A stretch of 64,000 nt of DNA from assembly GCF_006345805.1 (NCBI RefSeq), contig NC_042998.1:62868001-62932000 (forward strand), in the 5' to 3' direction. This document shows, one piece after another, positions 39,904 through 52,128 of this stretch (position 1 is the first letter of the stretch; each line of letters starts with the position of its first letter). Made by a program: the position numbers and the translations under genes. The notes under the pieces are model-generated. The model saw only the letters and a list, made by a program, of their open reading frames with translations, was not told the DNA's origin and searched no databases. The stretch comes from Octopus sinensis. Its lineage: Eukaryota.

Positions 39904-40493
39904 CATATGTATGTATATATGTATATATGTACGTATATACATATCTTTATAGAAATATATGTATATATATATACATAGATATATACATCCACTGGACCCC
40001 CAACTGTCCCCCAAAATCAATAAAATACCCGTTTTCACAGGAAAGCAACCACTGTAGGGCCCCAAAACGTCTCCCAATCAATTCCTCACCTGAAGTTACA
40101 CCTTCCAATAAATTTTAATTCCTTTTCCAGCTCCATTTAGACCCCCTTTTACATAAAAATCCAATTTGTATCAATGTTCGCCTTCTTCATTTTATAGATT
40201 AGACATATATACCCGGCCTTGCTCAGGATTAAAATAGTTTATTATTGTGTTACTTGTTTCGGTATTATAATCTGATTTCATTCGGGTCTACGCGGGCCGC
40301 ATTTTAAAAGATGAGGAATTTTGCCCTAGAGGCTATGGTTTTCAATTGAGCAAACTCAAAGCTGCAATGCAAAATCGCTACCACTTTTAACATAGGTGTG
40401 CATATTTTCAGCTCAATCCGACCACATTACGCATTAAATATGTACATATATACGCACAACATATATATAAATATATACACTTTATATATATAT

Positions 40494-40807
40494 AATTTAC
40501 AAGATAAGGGTAGAAGAAAAATTCTAATGCCAAATATGCCGAAACAAAAAATTGTTCATAACCATTATAATTTATGCGTCTCGAAATAAACCGATAGAAA
40601 GCTCTAAAAAATTCATTATTACTGTATTGGTCCAAGAAATTTTCCCTTATGAATTAACCCCGAAATTGGACCAATACGGTAATAACGAATTTTTAGAGAT
40701 TTTCTATCGGTTATTTCGAGACGCATAAATTATAATGGTTATGAACAATTTTTTGTTTCGGCATATTTTGGCATTAGAATTTTTTCTTCTGCCCTATCTT
40801 GTAAATT
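40494..40807. mobile_element. ~315-bp high-identity palindrome (fold-back/MITE-like)
   Basis: ~140-bp arms (aatttacaagataaggg...attggtccaa / ttggaccaat...ccctatcttgtaaatt). Confidence 0.9.
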
Positions 40808-40896
40808 AGTATGTAAAATTTTACCTTTAAAGGCATTTTTTTGATATGCTGGCCATTGATAAAATTTTTTTTCCTTAAAATTTTTTTTATCCTATA

Positions 40897-40935
<39 letters not shown>

Positions 40936-40985
40936 ATTGAAGAAATGGAGTTGAACGAAGATTGAACAGAAATCGTTTTATTGCA

Positions 40986-41064
40986 TTCTACACGTGTTTC
41001 GAAGGCACAATTTACCAAATTCCGATTGAATAAGGAGACCATATTGTGTCTTTCTCTTCAGGAA
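40986..41064 (-). ncRNA. Type I hammerhead ribozyme (CUGAAGA core, GUA triplet)
   Basis: ttc-CTGAAGA-gaaagacacaat...attgtgccttc-GAAA-CACGTG-TA-gaa; palindromic stem III ACACGTGT; only 3 bp of stem I. Confidence 0.7.
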
Positions 41065-41349
41065 GAAATAGGAAATCCGTTTGGAAAAAACAAAAACAGA
41101 ACAGAGGCGGAGCAAAACAAAACGAACGAGGCTCCTAAGAGCCCATGGCCAAACTGTTTATCAATGTATGTTGAAAACGGGTGGTGGGTGCGTTGAAGAT
41201 TTTAACGGGTCAGGCAGCGGTCATTCCGGTGGGTGAGAGCACGGGGTGCGTAGATGTTCTTTGTGACCGAGACTAAAGTTCTGACTATTTAAAGAATATT
41301 TAAATTGTTATAATGTCTTGTTGTCTTTTTGTTGAGAGAGGCTGTCTTT

Positions 41350-41431
41350 CTTTCCTGATGAGAAGATTGCATCTTACACCGTTTATTCCTTTGGAATAAA
41401 ACCATGTTGTCTTCGAAACATATGTCGAAAG
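41350..41431 (+). ncRNA. Complete type I hammerhead ribozyme (GUC, predicted cleavage after 41426)
   Basis: Stem I ctttc/gaaag; CTGATGA 41355-41361; stem II gaagattgcat/atgttgtcttc with inner hairpin tttattcc/ggaataaa; GAAA 41415-41418; palindromic stem III ACATATGT; GUC. Confidence 0.88.
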
Positions 41432-41495
41432 TAAAAGAATTTTAATAACATCTCTTCTTCGTTCAACTCCATTTATTACCTATTCGTCTATCTAC

Positions 41496-41539
<44 letters not shown>

Positions 41540-41553
41540 CTCATCTCTCTATC

Positions 41554-41587
<34 letters not shown>

Positions 41588-41981
41588 ATATATATATAAT
41601 ATATATATAGATAACTATATATATATATATATATTATACATATAAAAATCTTTTTATATACAGGTACATATATTACTCGATGAAATTCTTAAATGGTGTG
41701 GGTTTCACGTTTATCTTGTGTGCTTTACAATTTTACAATATTATGTAATATTCTAAAATCTTAAAACATACCAATATAGAGCGTGAATCTCAGACCATGT
41801 TGGAATTTCATAGAGGAAAACATAAACACATATATACATACATATATGTATACATATATAAATATGTATGTATGAACATGTCCGTGTGCACATGTGTATG
41901 TATGTACTGCCTATAAATTTCCATAGCATGCTGACTACTTGATAAAAATCAAACGTAATTTTGTTCTCGTTATAATTATAT

Positions 41982-42016
<35 letters not shown>

Positions 42017-43422
42017 ATATATATATATATATATACATAATACATATATATATATACATATATATATATTATATATATCATATATATATATATAATATAT
42101 ATACATATATATTATATATATATATACCTATATATATATATATTTATATATATATATAATATATATACACACCCACACACCACATATATATATATATACA
42201 CATATATACATGTACATATATATAATATAGACATATACAATACATATACATATACATACCACATACATACACATCTACATACATACATACATACATAATA
42301 TATATATATAATATATATATAATATATATATACAAGTGAATGATTTTCTTTTTGTTGAATACTTTATTAAATTTTCACAAGGAATATATTGGCAGTAACT
42401 CGAAATTTCAATTTCTTTTGCCTTCGTCAGACTGTTTTATATGTATATATACTTGCATCATGTGTGTGTGTGTGTGTGTGTGTATTGTGGGTGGGTGTAT
42501 CGTGTGCGTCTGCGCGCTTATATCTGTGCGTCTGTATTCAGTAATGAAAATAGACACAATCAGGCAACTTTTACTCTAAGTTTTCGATTCAAAATGGCAC
42601 GAAATTTTACATTTATTATCATATGTGAGTATGTGTGTATACATGCATAGACACATACATACATGCACATACACACACACACACCCACATACGCGCACAC
42701 ACACATATATATATATATTATATATATATATATATTCATATGTATACACACAGTCAACTATATATTCTTTTATTTTATAATGTGGCGTAAATAGTAGTAA
42801 AATGCTTTTGTGGACTGGCTCTCTAAATGTATGACGTCTGGTTGATAAATGTGAAAATGTATATAAGACTAATGGTAGATATTAGATTGAATAATGGATT
42901 TGAAATGGTGGAGATAAGGAAATATAATTCAACCTCATTTACTGTAATTTCAGAGAAATGTAACACTATTTATCATTTCACCGGCAGCTGGAAATGAGTT
43001 TGCAATTGTTACTGGAATTTTCTACTTCAATATCAATGACTTTATTTATCTCTTTCCATTTTCCCTTTTAGTTTTCCGTTGTATTGAAAGCTACGTATAT
43101 TTGTTATGTAGGAGACATGTTAACATATTTACTATTTACCTGTATATCTGAACTGTATCCATGCCAAACCAACTTATACTTCTATATACATGCACCTATG
43201 ATGAACAGATGAACACCTTTCACAGCAATGAGAAGAAAAATGTTGAATACAGGAAGAGAAAGATAGAACCTTGGGGGATGCAACCAGAAATAAATCATAC
43301 TTACTAATCAAATGAATAAACACAAACAATCGCCTATACATAAAAGCGAGAATACATACGCGTATGCAGCAGCTCACTTGCTCTCATAGTTAGGTGCCAT
43401 TAATTTTAATATACCGACATAT

Positions 43423-43638
43423 TAAGGTGGCGAGCTGGCAAAATCGTAATCGCAGGGGGAAATACTTCGCGGCATTTCGTCCATTTTTACATTCTGGGGT
43501 CAAATTCTATCGGGGTTTAATTCGCCTTTCATCCTTTCGGGAAAGATAAAATAAAAACCAGTTGAAAACTGGGTTCATATAATCGACTTATCCTCTTCCA
43601 GGAAATTGGTGGCCTTGTGCCAAAATTCGAAATCAATA
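43423..43638 (+). mobile_element. SINE family 2
   Basis: aaggtggcgagctggca head, ggggtcaaatt B-box-like sequence, cctttcatcctttcgggaaagataaaat central block. Confidence 0.75.
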
Positions 43639-43649
43639 TATCCATATAG

Positions 43650-44110
43650 AGGCAGGAGTGGCTGTGTGGTAAGAAACTTGCTTCTGAACCACATGGCTCC
43701 GAGTCCAGTCCCGGTGCGTGGCACATTGGGCAGCGTCTTCTATTTTAGCCTCGGGCCAACCAAAGCCTTCTGAGTGGATTTGGTAGACGGAAACTGAAAG
43801 AAGCCCGTCGTATATATATATATATATATATATATGTCTGTGTGTGTGTGAGTGTGTGTATATGAGTGTGTGTATGTATATGTATATATATGTGTGTATG
43901 TATGTGTTTGTTATTTGTGTCAGTGCTTGTCTCCCAACCATGTTGGTGTGTTTATGTTCCCGTTACTAAGAGGTTCGGCAAAAGGGAACCGATAGAATAA
44001 GTACTAGGCTTACAAAAGAATAAGTCCTGGCATCGATTTGTTCGATTAAAGGTGTTGCTCCAGCATGATAGCACTCAAATGATTGAAGCAAGTAAAAGAA
44101 TAAAAGAATA
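43650..44110 (+). mobile_element. SINE family 1, full length
   Basis: ggcaggagtggctgtgtggtaag head through the aagtaaaagaataaaagaata tail. Confidence 0.88.
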
Positions 44111-44772
44111 TCGATACTTTGAGAAAGGAAATGCTAAGCGTGATTTGAACTCAAAACGGAAAGCTAAATTCCTCAAATAATTTTCTGCTTTAAACTGACG
44201 ATTCTACCATACATGTATGTTCCGAAGCACGTGTATCTGTCTGTGAGGGAATGCACAATGACATATCATATATCTGTGCATCTTTTACCTAATAGCGTAA
44301 AAAACATGCTATGTCAAATTATCTTTATTCTAGAGTGATGTGGTTCGATTTTCATCGATTGCACATTACAGGTTCTTCGATCAATTGTGCAAAATATCGT
44401 TTTACATTGCAAACTTTAAGCTTGTTAGAGTTGGAACTGTTGAAAACGAACCGACAGCTAACTAACCCTAGCATGTCTCCTTTACCGAAAACTTATTACA
44501 ATATGTGACATTCTGGGAATTGTTTTATAATCAAAGAGAGAAATTGTATTGCAATTCTGCTCTCGATATCCATGTTATACGGTACATTAAACCAGATAAT
44601 ATACTATTCATTGTGTTTTTAGAGAGATTTGTTTGTTGAGTCGTGAGAGAACAATTGCTTTTTTGTGCTTGTAATTTTCATATTGACTAAAGCCGTAGTG
44701 GTTTTTTTTTTCATAAGAATCCTTATACAAGACGAGAAAGGAATACGAATTGATATATATATATATATATAT

Positions 44773-44817
<45 letters not shown>

Positions 44818-45097
44818 ATATATATCTATATATATATATGCACAAAGAGAGAGTGGGGATCGGGTTAAGGAAAAACAGTACAGAGATGGAGGGAGAAAGA
44901 AGAACCACGGAGAAGAGAGAGAGAGAGAGAGAGTGAGTGGAGGTAGAGAGTGAAAAAGGCGGAGAGGAAGTAAGAAAAGCTTTCCTTTCATTGTCGTAAT
45001 TAAATAGCAAAATCTTTGGTTGTTTTCTTTTGGACCATATAGCAAAATCGTACAAAATCACATACATTTACATACACACAGACACACACATTCACAC

Positions 45098-45157
<60 letters not shown>

Positions 45158-45835
45158 TATATATATATACATATAGATGAATATAAATATATATATATGT
45201 ATGTGGTGTGTGTGTGTGTGTGTGTATGTGTGTGTGTAGACGTATATAAGTCTGCGCATATATGTGTATGTATGGCTTGCGAGTACAAATGCATGAACGT
45301 GAATTCGGAGATATTGATACAAGTTTGGAAAAAAGAAATCGATACAGATCTTAATAATACATGCACAGAAACACACACACACGTATATATGTTTACATAT
45401 ATATATATATATATATAAATATATATGCATACATGTGTATGTATGTATAGTGATGCACTGACTGTTGTTGAGTTAGACGTAGGAAATCCTGATTGGTAAA
45501 TCGATTAGTAAGTGGATATATTGATACAACACAGCCTCTTCATTTTGTTCTTCATTCCACAGCACATTCGAAAAGTAATTGGATTGGTGTTTGATTATTA
45601 GAATGCTCCTTACCAATCAATTCCTCGTTGAAGGCTTGCTGCTGTTCTGCTATTCTTTCATTGTCATGTCCATACGCAGAAGGTCAAGAACTCTACTTGA
45701 TGCTTTCCGCACTAACCTCCTTTCCTTATTATATTTTCTTTAGAATAAGTTGGATATTGAAGAAGCAATGTCCTGTTCTGATAGCTTCAGCAACATTGCA
45801 TCACCACCAAGCAACATTAGATTGCTCTATCCATA

Positions 45836-45874
<39 letters not shown>

Positions 45875-45917
45875 ATAGATAAATAAATAAATATATATGT
45901 ATATATATATATATATA

Positions 45918-46230
45918 GTTCAGTAGTCTGGGCAGCAGACTCGCGGTTTCGATTCCCAGACCAGACGTTGCGAGTGTTTATTGAGCGAAAACTACTAAAG
46001 CTCCACGAGTCTCCGGGAGAGTCGTGTGACGCGAACCCTGTTGTACTCATTAACCACAACTTTCTCTCATTCTTTCTTCCTGTTTCTGCTCTACCTGTAT
46101 TTCAAAGGGCCAGCCTTGTGTCACTCTGTGTCAGGCTGAATCTCCCCGAAAACTACATTAAGGCTACACGTGTCTGTGGAGTACTCAGCCACTTGCACGT
46201 TTATTTCACGAGTAGGCTGTTCCGTTGGTT
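45918..46230 (+). mobile_element. SINE family 3 relative with a different 3' half
   Basis: B box ggtttcgattcc; head and middle blocks shared with 13030-13300. Confidence 0.6.
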
Positions 46231-46260
46231 TGTATGTATGTATGTATGTATGTATGTATG

Positions 46261-46294
<34 letters not shown>

Positions 46295-46719
46295 TGCATG
46301 CATGTTTGTATATATGTATGTATATATGTATGTACGTATGTATGTAGGCTTATTTGTGTGTTTATATTTTGCTTTCCGCAACGACATAAAACATAGCCAA
46401 CACCCCTTCAAGTGTAGAATCATATGTTGCAATGTATTGCATATGGCTTATGCATTATATATAGCAGTTGATGAGGTTTAGATTCCGAAACGTTTACAAT
46501 GCCACGACACACTTGTGGTAAATATTTCCTATCTTTTATGAGTATCACATTTCAGATGTCTTATTTCTATTTGTTAATTTCATATAAACATAAACTAATA
46601 GTTCCAGCTATCTGTGATGTTGTCGTTGTGCATTCAATAATTGGTTTAATATTTTAATTAGCTCAACTTATATATGGTTCCTTTTCTCATGTGTGTGTGT
46701 GAGTGGGTGTGCGTGTGTA

Positions 46720-46790
46720 TCCTTCTTCTTCTTCTTCTTCTTCTTCTTCTTCTTCTTCTTCTTCTTCTTCTTCTTCTTCTTCTTCTTCTT

Positions 46791-46852
<62 letters not shown>

Positions 46853-46856
46853 CATT

Positions 46857-46891
<35 letters not shown>

Positions 46892-46905
46892 TGTTATTAT
46901 TATTA
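46720..46905. repeat. Compound trinucleotide microsatellite (CTT)n-(ATT)n-(ATC)n
   Basis: Direct reading. Confidence 0.95.
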
Positions 46906-47017
46906 CGTAAAATTTTGATTTGCCTGCTACAGAAATTTAGGAAACTTTAATTCGCAAGGGTTCGAGTAAAACCGTTTTAAATAATATTGCAAACCCTCTT
47001 ATTCTTTCGCTTGCACA

Positions 47018-47097
<80 letters not shown>

Positions 47098-47308
47098 ATA
47101 TATACGTGTATGTAAAATTACGCCAGCAGACGCCGACCAAGAATCATTACTGTTGCTCCCATTGGAACACAAGGTAAAATCTATAATGAACTCCTCGCCT
47201 TTTGAAGAACATGGATTTTTTATATTTGACTCTATTGAATGTATGTCACAATTATGAACTGTTCCATCATACTCTTTAAGCATATACTCTCTTTATTATA
47301 AAAAAAAT

Positions 47309-47351
47309 TTTTTGATAAGGTTCGTTATTTCAAGAACCGAAACATGTAAAA
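47309..47351 (+). ncRNA. Type I hammerhead with compensated U3-A8 core
   Basis: ttt-TTGATAA-ggttc-gttatttcaa-gaacc-GAAA-CATG-TA-aaa: 5-bp stem II, palindromic stem III ACATGT, GUA triplet. Confidence 0.7.
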
Positions 47352-47432
47352 TTAAATGTTATCTAATATAGCGGCATTTTCAAACTTCATTTTTTACAAA
47401 TATATACCCACTCGTATACGAGCTACTCTTAT

Positions 47433-47515
<83 letters not shown>

Positions 47516-47790
47516 ATATATATGTATATATATATGTATATGTATGAAGATAGACAGATAGTTAGTTAAATAAAGAGGGATGCATAGGTAGATACATGAT
47601 TAGATAGATAGAAAGATAGATTGATAGATAGGTACACATATAAATACATAAAATGATTTCGCTAGGCATAGCAATGCTAATAACCAGTTGTTAGAACTCA
47701 GTGTAGGTATGCTTTAGAGTAAAGCGTTGGGCGAGTGCAGACCGTAATATTAATCAAGAAATGGTACATAATCAACTTAACTTATATACA

Positions 47791-48083
47791 TAGGCTTAGA
47801 AATGGCTGTGCGGTAAGCAGTTTGCTTACCAACCACATGGTTCAAGGTTTGGTCCCACTGCGTGGCACCTTGGGCAAGTGTATCCTACAATAGCCTCGGG
47901 CTGACCAAAGCCTTGTGAGTGGATTTGGTAGACGGAAACTGAGAGGAGACCGTGGTATATATGTGTGTGTGTATATATTTATATATACGTGTATGTGTGT
48001 ATGTGTTTGTGTGTCTGTGCTTGACCACCCAAAATCGCTTGACAACCGGTGCTGATGTGTTACGTAACTTAACGGGTCGGCAA
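47791..48083 (+). mobile_element. SINE family 1, lacking its 3' tail
   Basis: Head and CORE-like block intact; homology stops at ...gggtcggcaaa. Confidence 0.85.
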
Positions 48084-48155
48084 ACCTGGACCAATGGTTT
48101 CAAACTTATTTTAGCAAATAAAATTATTTGCTAGGCGAAGTCTTCTTCAGCAGGT
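48084..48155 (-). ncRNA. Complete type I hammerhead ribozyme (GUC, predicted cleavage between 48089 and 48088)
   Basis: ACCTG-CTGAAGA-agactt-cgcc-tagcaaata-attt-tatttgcta-aaat-aagttt-GAAA-CCATTGG-TC-CAGGT: 5-bp stem I, 6+9-bp stem II. Confidence 0.88.
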
Positions 48156-48499
48156 ATACCTTAGATTAAATATATATACACGAGGCAATCCAGTATATGC
48201 CCCGTACTTATACATTCAAACTTTTCAAATCAAACCGCGCAAGCGCAGCTCCTAGTCTGCAGTAAATAAAATGCCGGCTTTTCAATTCGAAAATTATCAA
48301 TAATTAATAATATCAAAGGATAATTACAAATATTAGAAATTTCCAGTACCAGGTTTAGATGGTAAATGTTTTATTTTTCACTCGCTTCGAAATTTTACCC
48401 CTAGTAGTTGTTTGGAATTTAACTGTTCTCTCTACCGTGCAAGGAATCCTAATGATGGATGCCTCTTTGTGTTTAAATGTATACTGAATATATATATAT

Positions 48500-48568
<69 letters not shown>

Positions 48569-49464
48569 TATATATGCATTTACACATAGGCAAGACATAA
48601 GGAAGACATAACTCTTTAACAATGATTCAAAATGTGTTGTTTTGAATCTGTGCATCGATGACAAAATATAGATTGCCAAACTGAGAAATCAGTGCAAACA
48701 ATGTAAAGCATTGAAATTGTTGTGCGATCTTTGAACAATGTTTTACAGAGAAGTAACTAATGACGGTGTTTATCTCTCTCCTGCTGCTCCGAACCCAAAA
48801 GCAACGTCTAACGATTCTCACCAAATTGACTAAAATCAAAGAGCTTAGATAGAACGATTCCGTAGCATTTAATAGCATTGTTAAATGTATTCATATACTT
48901 ACTATATATATATATATATTTATGTTTACAAATGTATGTGTTTATATCATATATAATATATGTATATACGTTATATACATATTCATAAGGCTACATCTAT
49001 CTACCTTTCTCTCCCTGTCTGCCTGACTGTCTTCCTGCCTCTCTTTCTCTCTCTCTCCCTATCTATCTATCTATCCATCTATCTATATACATATCCGCAC
49101 GCACACACACATATGTTCGTGTGCATTTTCGCACATAGATACACGCACACACACACACACACACACAAGCACACATGTATGCATGTATGTATGTATGTAT
49201 GTATGGATGTATGGATGGATGGATGTATGCATGTATGTATATATATATATATATATATATATGGATACATTGAGGTGTTTGCATGTATTTGTCTTGATGA
49301 ATAGCAAGTAATTTTGAAAGACGGTCAAAGTGTAAGACGACTGCATGTCATAGCGTATAAATACAGTGAGAAAATGAGAAGAAAGTTAGAAGAAAGAAAG
49401 TTCTAAGAGAAAAAGTAGAAGAGGAAAGGGAAAGAGAGATGCGTGGAAGAGGGGGAGTGAGAGG

Positions 49465-49495
<31 letters not shown>

Positions 49496-49783
49496 TAAGA
49501 GAGAGAGTAAGAGAGAGAGTAAGAGAGAGAGAGAGAAACAGGTAGAGAGAGAAAAACGAATGAGGAAAAGGGATAAATGCTTATACACAAATGGAATTAG
49601 AAGAATATGCGACAGAGAGACAGACAAAAAGAATTATTACGAAAGAATACCACATACACATACACACACACACTCATACACACACACACACGTACAAATA
49701 CAGACACACGCACACAAGCACAGACATAGATGAATTGATTGCAAAAGAATAAGATATATATATATATTTATATATATATATCA

Positions 49784-50177
49784 TAGGTGCAGGAGTGGGT
49801 TTGTGGTAAGAAGCTTCCTTACCAACCACATGGTTCCTGGTTCAGTCCTACTGCGTGGCACCTTGGGTAAGTGTCTTTTACTGTAGCCTCGGATCGACCA
49901 AAGCCTTGTGAATGGATTTGGTAGACAGACGTCCGTCGTATATATATATATATGTGTATGTATGTGTGTGTGTGTGTGTGTTTGTTTTTGTGTTACTGTT
50001 TTTTCTCCGCCCCGCCACCATCGCTTGACAACCGATGTTGATGTGTTTACGCACCCGTAATTCTGCGGTTCGGCAAAAAAGACCGGTTGAATAAGTACTA
50101 GGCTGACAAAGAATAAGTCCCGAGGTCGATTTGTTCGGCTGAAGGCGGTACTCCAGCATAGCAGCAGTCAAATGAGA
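49784..50177 (+). mobile_element. SINE family 1, near full length
   Basis: taggtgcaggagtggg head to ggcggtactccagcatagcagcagtcaaatga tail. Confidence 0.85.
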
Positions 50178-50882
50178 AATATTACAGAGAGAAAGCATTA
50201 AAAATTTTGAGAAATAAAGGGGGTGAAGGGGAGGGAAGGAGAGAGAGATAGAGAAAGAAAGAAAGGAAGAAAGAAAGAAAGGAAGGAAGAATGAAAGTCA
50301 GAAAGAAGAGAGAGCAAAACAGAAATGAAATGACTAACATAACGCTCTTGATATTTGCTACACGGGCAGAAATATGAAGGCGCTTTAGAACCAATAGAAT
50401 AAGACGAATTATATTACTGGTACTTAATTATTGTCTAGTCGGTTTTAGAAGGCAAATCTAACCTTAATGTTGTATGATCTAATTAAAGAAGAGAACACAA
50501 CTCATTATTGTTAGGTATTTTGTCATACGCTAAATTGTATTTTGGCCTGATTGAACGCCTAGCATAAAATTGAGCGAAAAAAGAGACAATCAGATAACCT
50601 TTAAGTTGTGGCTTGACCTATATAACGAGTACTAAGATTTTTCCTCAATTTACACCTTATTTGTTTTTCATATAAGTTCTTGTTTAATGATATGAGAAGT
50701 TATTGATCACAGTCGGCACGACCCGGGTACATTCTATTTTCTCAAAGGATTAACCCATTGCCTACCATGATCCCCATTTGGGGATCTGCTAAAAATAGTC
50801 TCACTCTCGGTCGTTCGTTGTATTTAAAGTGAATTGTTTATGAACATTGCATTTCTGTTTAGCAATATTTAGTAGTTAATGT

Positions 50883-51098
50883 AAAGCGGCGAGCTGGCAG
50901 AAACGTTAGCATGCCGGGCGAAATGGTTAGCAATATTTCGTCTCTAGATATGGTCTGAGTTCAAATTTCGCCGACGTCGACTTTACTTTTCATCCTTTCG
51001 GGATCGATAAATTAAGTACCAGTTGCGTACTGAGGTCAATCTAATGGACTGGCTCAGCAACCCAAAAAATTTCGGGCCTTGTCCCTTGAGTAGAAAAG
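50883..51098 (+). mobile_element. SINE family 2 with a 19-bp target-site duplication
   Basis: aatatttagtagttaatgt at 50864-50882 and 51099-51117; gagttcaaatt B-box-like sequence; catcctttcgggatcgataaattaagtaccag central domain. Confidence 0.88.
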
Positions 51099-52062
51099 AA
51101 TATTTAGTAGTTAATGTTTATCATTAGCTCTGGCTAATTCTAGAGGACATTTTATGTCATAAATCGCAATTTTTGAACTACGAAAATATTGATTGTTTTG
51201 AAAACATTTTTTGTTTGTTTTGCATTTCTCATCTATATCATTCATTGATATTTCATATACATTCGCATTTGATACTATAGTTTAAAAAAAAGAAAAACTA
51301 AAATGCTTATTATTACAATTGTATAGAACAGAATGAACATGATTTTTTCAGCGACCCCCATTTGGGACTTCGAAAAATATATTATAATTTCTAAAATAAT
51401 TCATACATAAAGAAAATTTAATTACTACATATTATTTTAACTCCTAAGACACCTGACAAAGCCAAAAAGAAATTAATAAAATAATTTGTCAGTTAATGGA
51501 TTAATGAATTTGAATTTTACTATAGTTTCGCTGTACAAAGATTTACAGGTCGGTGGCAGTGGAGCAAAGCAACGCTTAGAGACACCATATACATTATCTG
51601 CTTACTCTATCAGAAGCAATACAACAAAATCATCTCCCATGTATTTCGAACATAAATCATCGAAGGATGGAACAAAATAGTCCCCGTTACTTAATCCGTT
51701 TATCCCATCTTTCAAACAATTCCACTAATTTTCTCTCCGATTATTGAAAAGAAATATCGATTGCTTTCATAAAATCCTAGCATTTTGCACGATAAGGATA
51801 CATTTAATGCAATTATATTTTCTCATAATTGAACCATTTGTTATTTAGGTGAAACCACATCCTTCTATTGAAACACTTTGTTCGTCATTCATTTTAAGGG
51901 TTTTGTTATTCTTTATTGTACCTAGCCATTGAATCCATCACGAATCGCCAGGGGTTATTGGAAGATGTAATTTGAAAGGGTCACATAAGCAGGAACAAAT
52001 GCATCATTCACCATGTGGTCCTCAATATTATGTGTAAGCTATCAAAGTGTACTTGTATTCAA

Positions 52063-52128
52063 CCAATGGGATAGGCGCTTAGTTGCTTTATGCGACCAAT
52101 GGGAGGAGTCTATTGTTATATACTAAAA
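52063..52128 (+). promoter_or_regulatory. Candidate Pol II promoter: two CCAATGGGA boxes 33 bp apart plus a TATA-like element
   Basis: CCAAT at 52063 and 52096, tatatactaaaa at ~52117-52128, in repeat-poor sequence. Motif-only evidence. Confidence 0.3.

Larger units (their letters stand above)
40931..41480. mobile_element. ~550-bp module with two outward-facing hammerheads and an 18-bp inverted terminal motif (Penelope-like/retrozyme-like)
   Basis: aaatggagttgaacgaag (40943-40960) / cttcgttcaactccattt (41457-41474); hammerheads at 40986-41064 (-) and 41350-41431 (+); flanked by (TA)n and (ATCT)n. Confidence 0.75.

Noticed and set aside
42385-42432. Minus-strand CTGACGAAGGCA...TGCC
   Set aside because: No GAAA follows the putative stem II.
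45600-45840. Exon-like peptide GLLLFCYSFIVMSIRRRSRTLL
   Set aside because: It contains an in-frame stop, has no consistent splice sites and no recognisable homology.
46468-46495. TTGATGAGG...CCGAAACGTT hammerhead-like string
   Set aside because: C3 is changed without a G8 change, stem II is only 2 bp and stem I does not pair; at best a decayed remnant.
50749-50790. TTAA-CCC start resembling a piggyBac terminus
   Set aside because: No matching GGG-TTAA end or transposase found.
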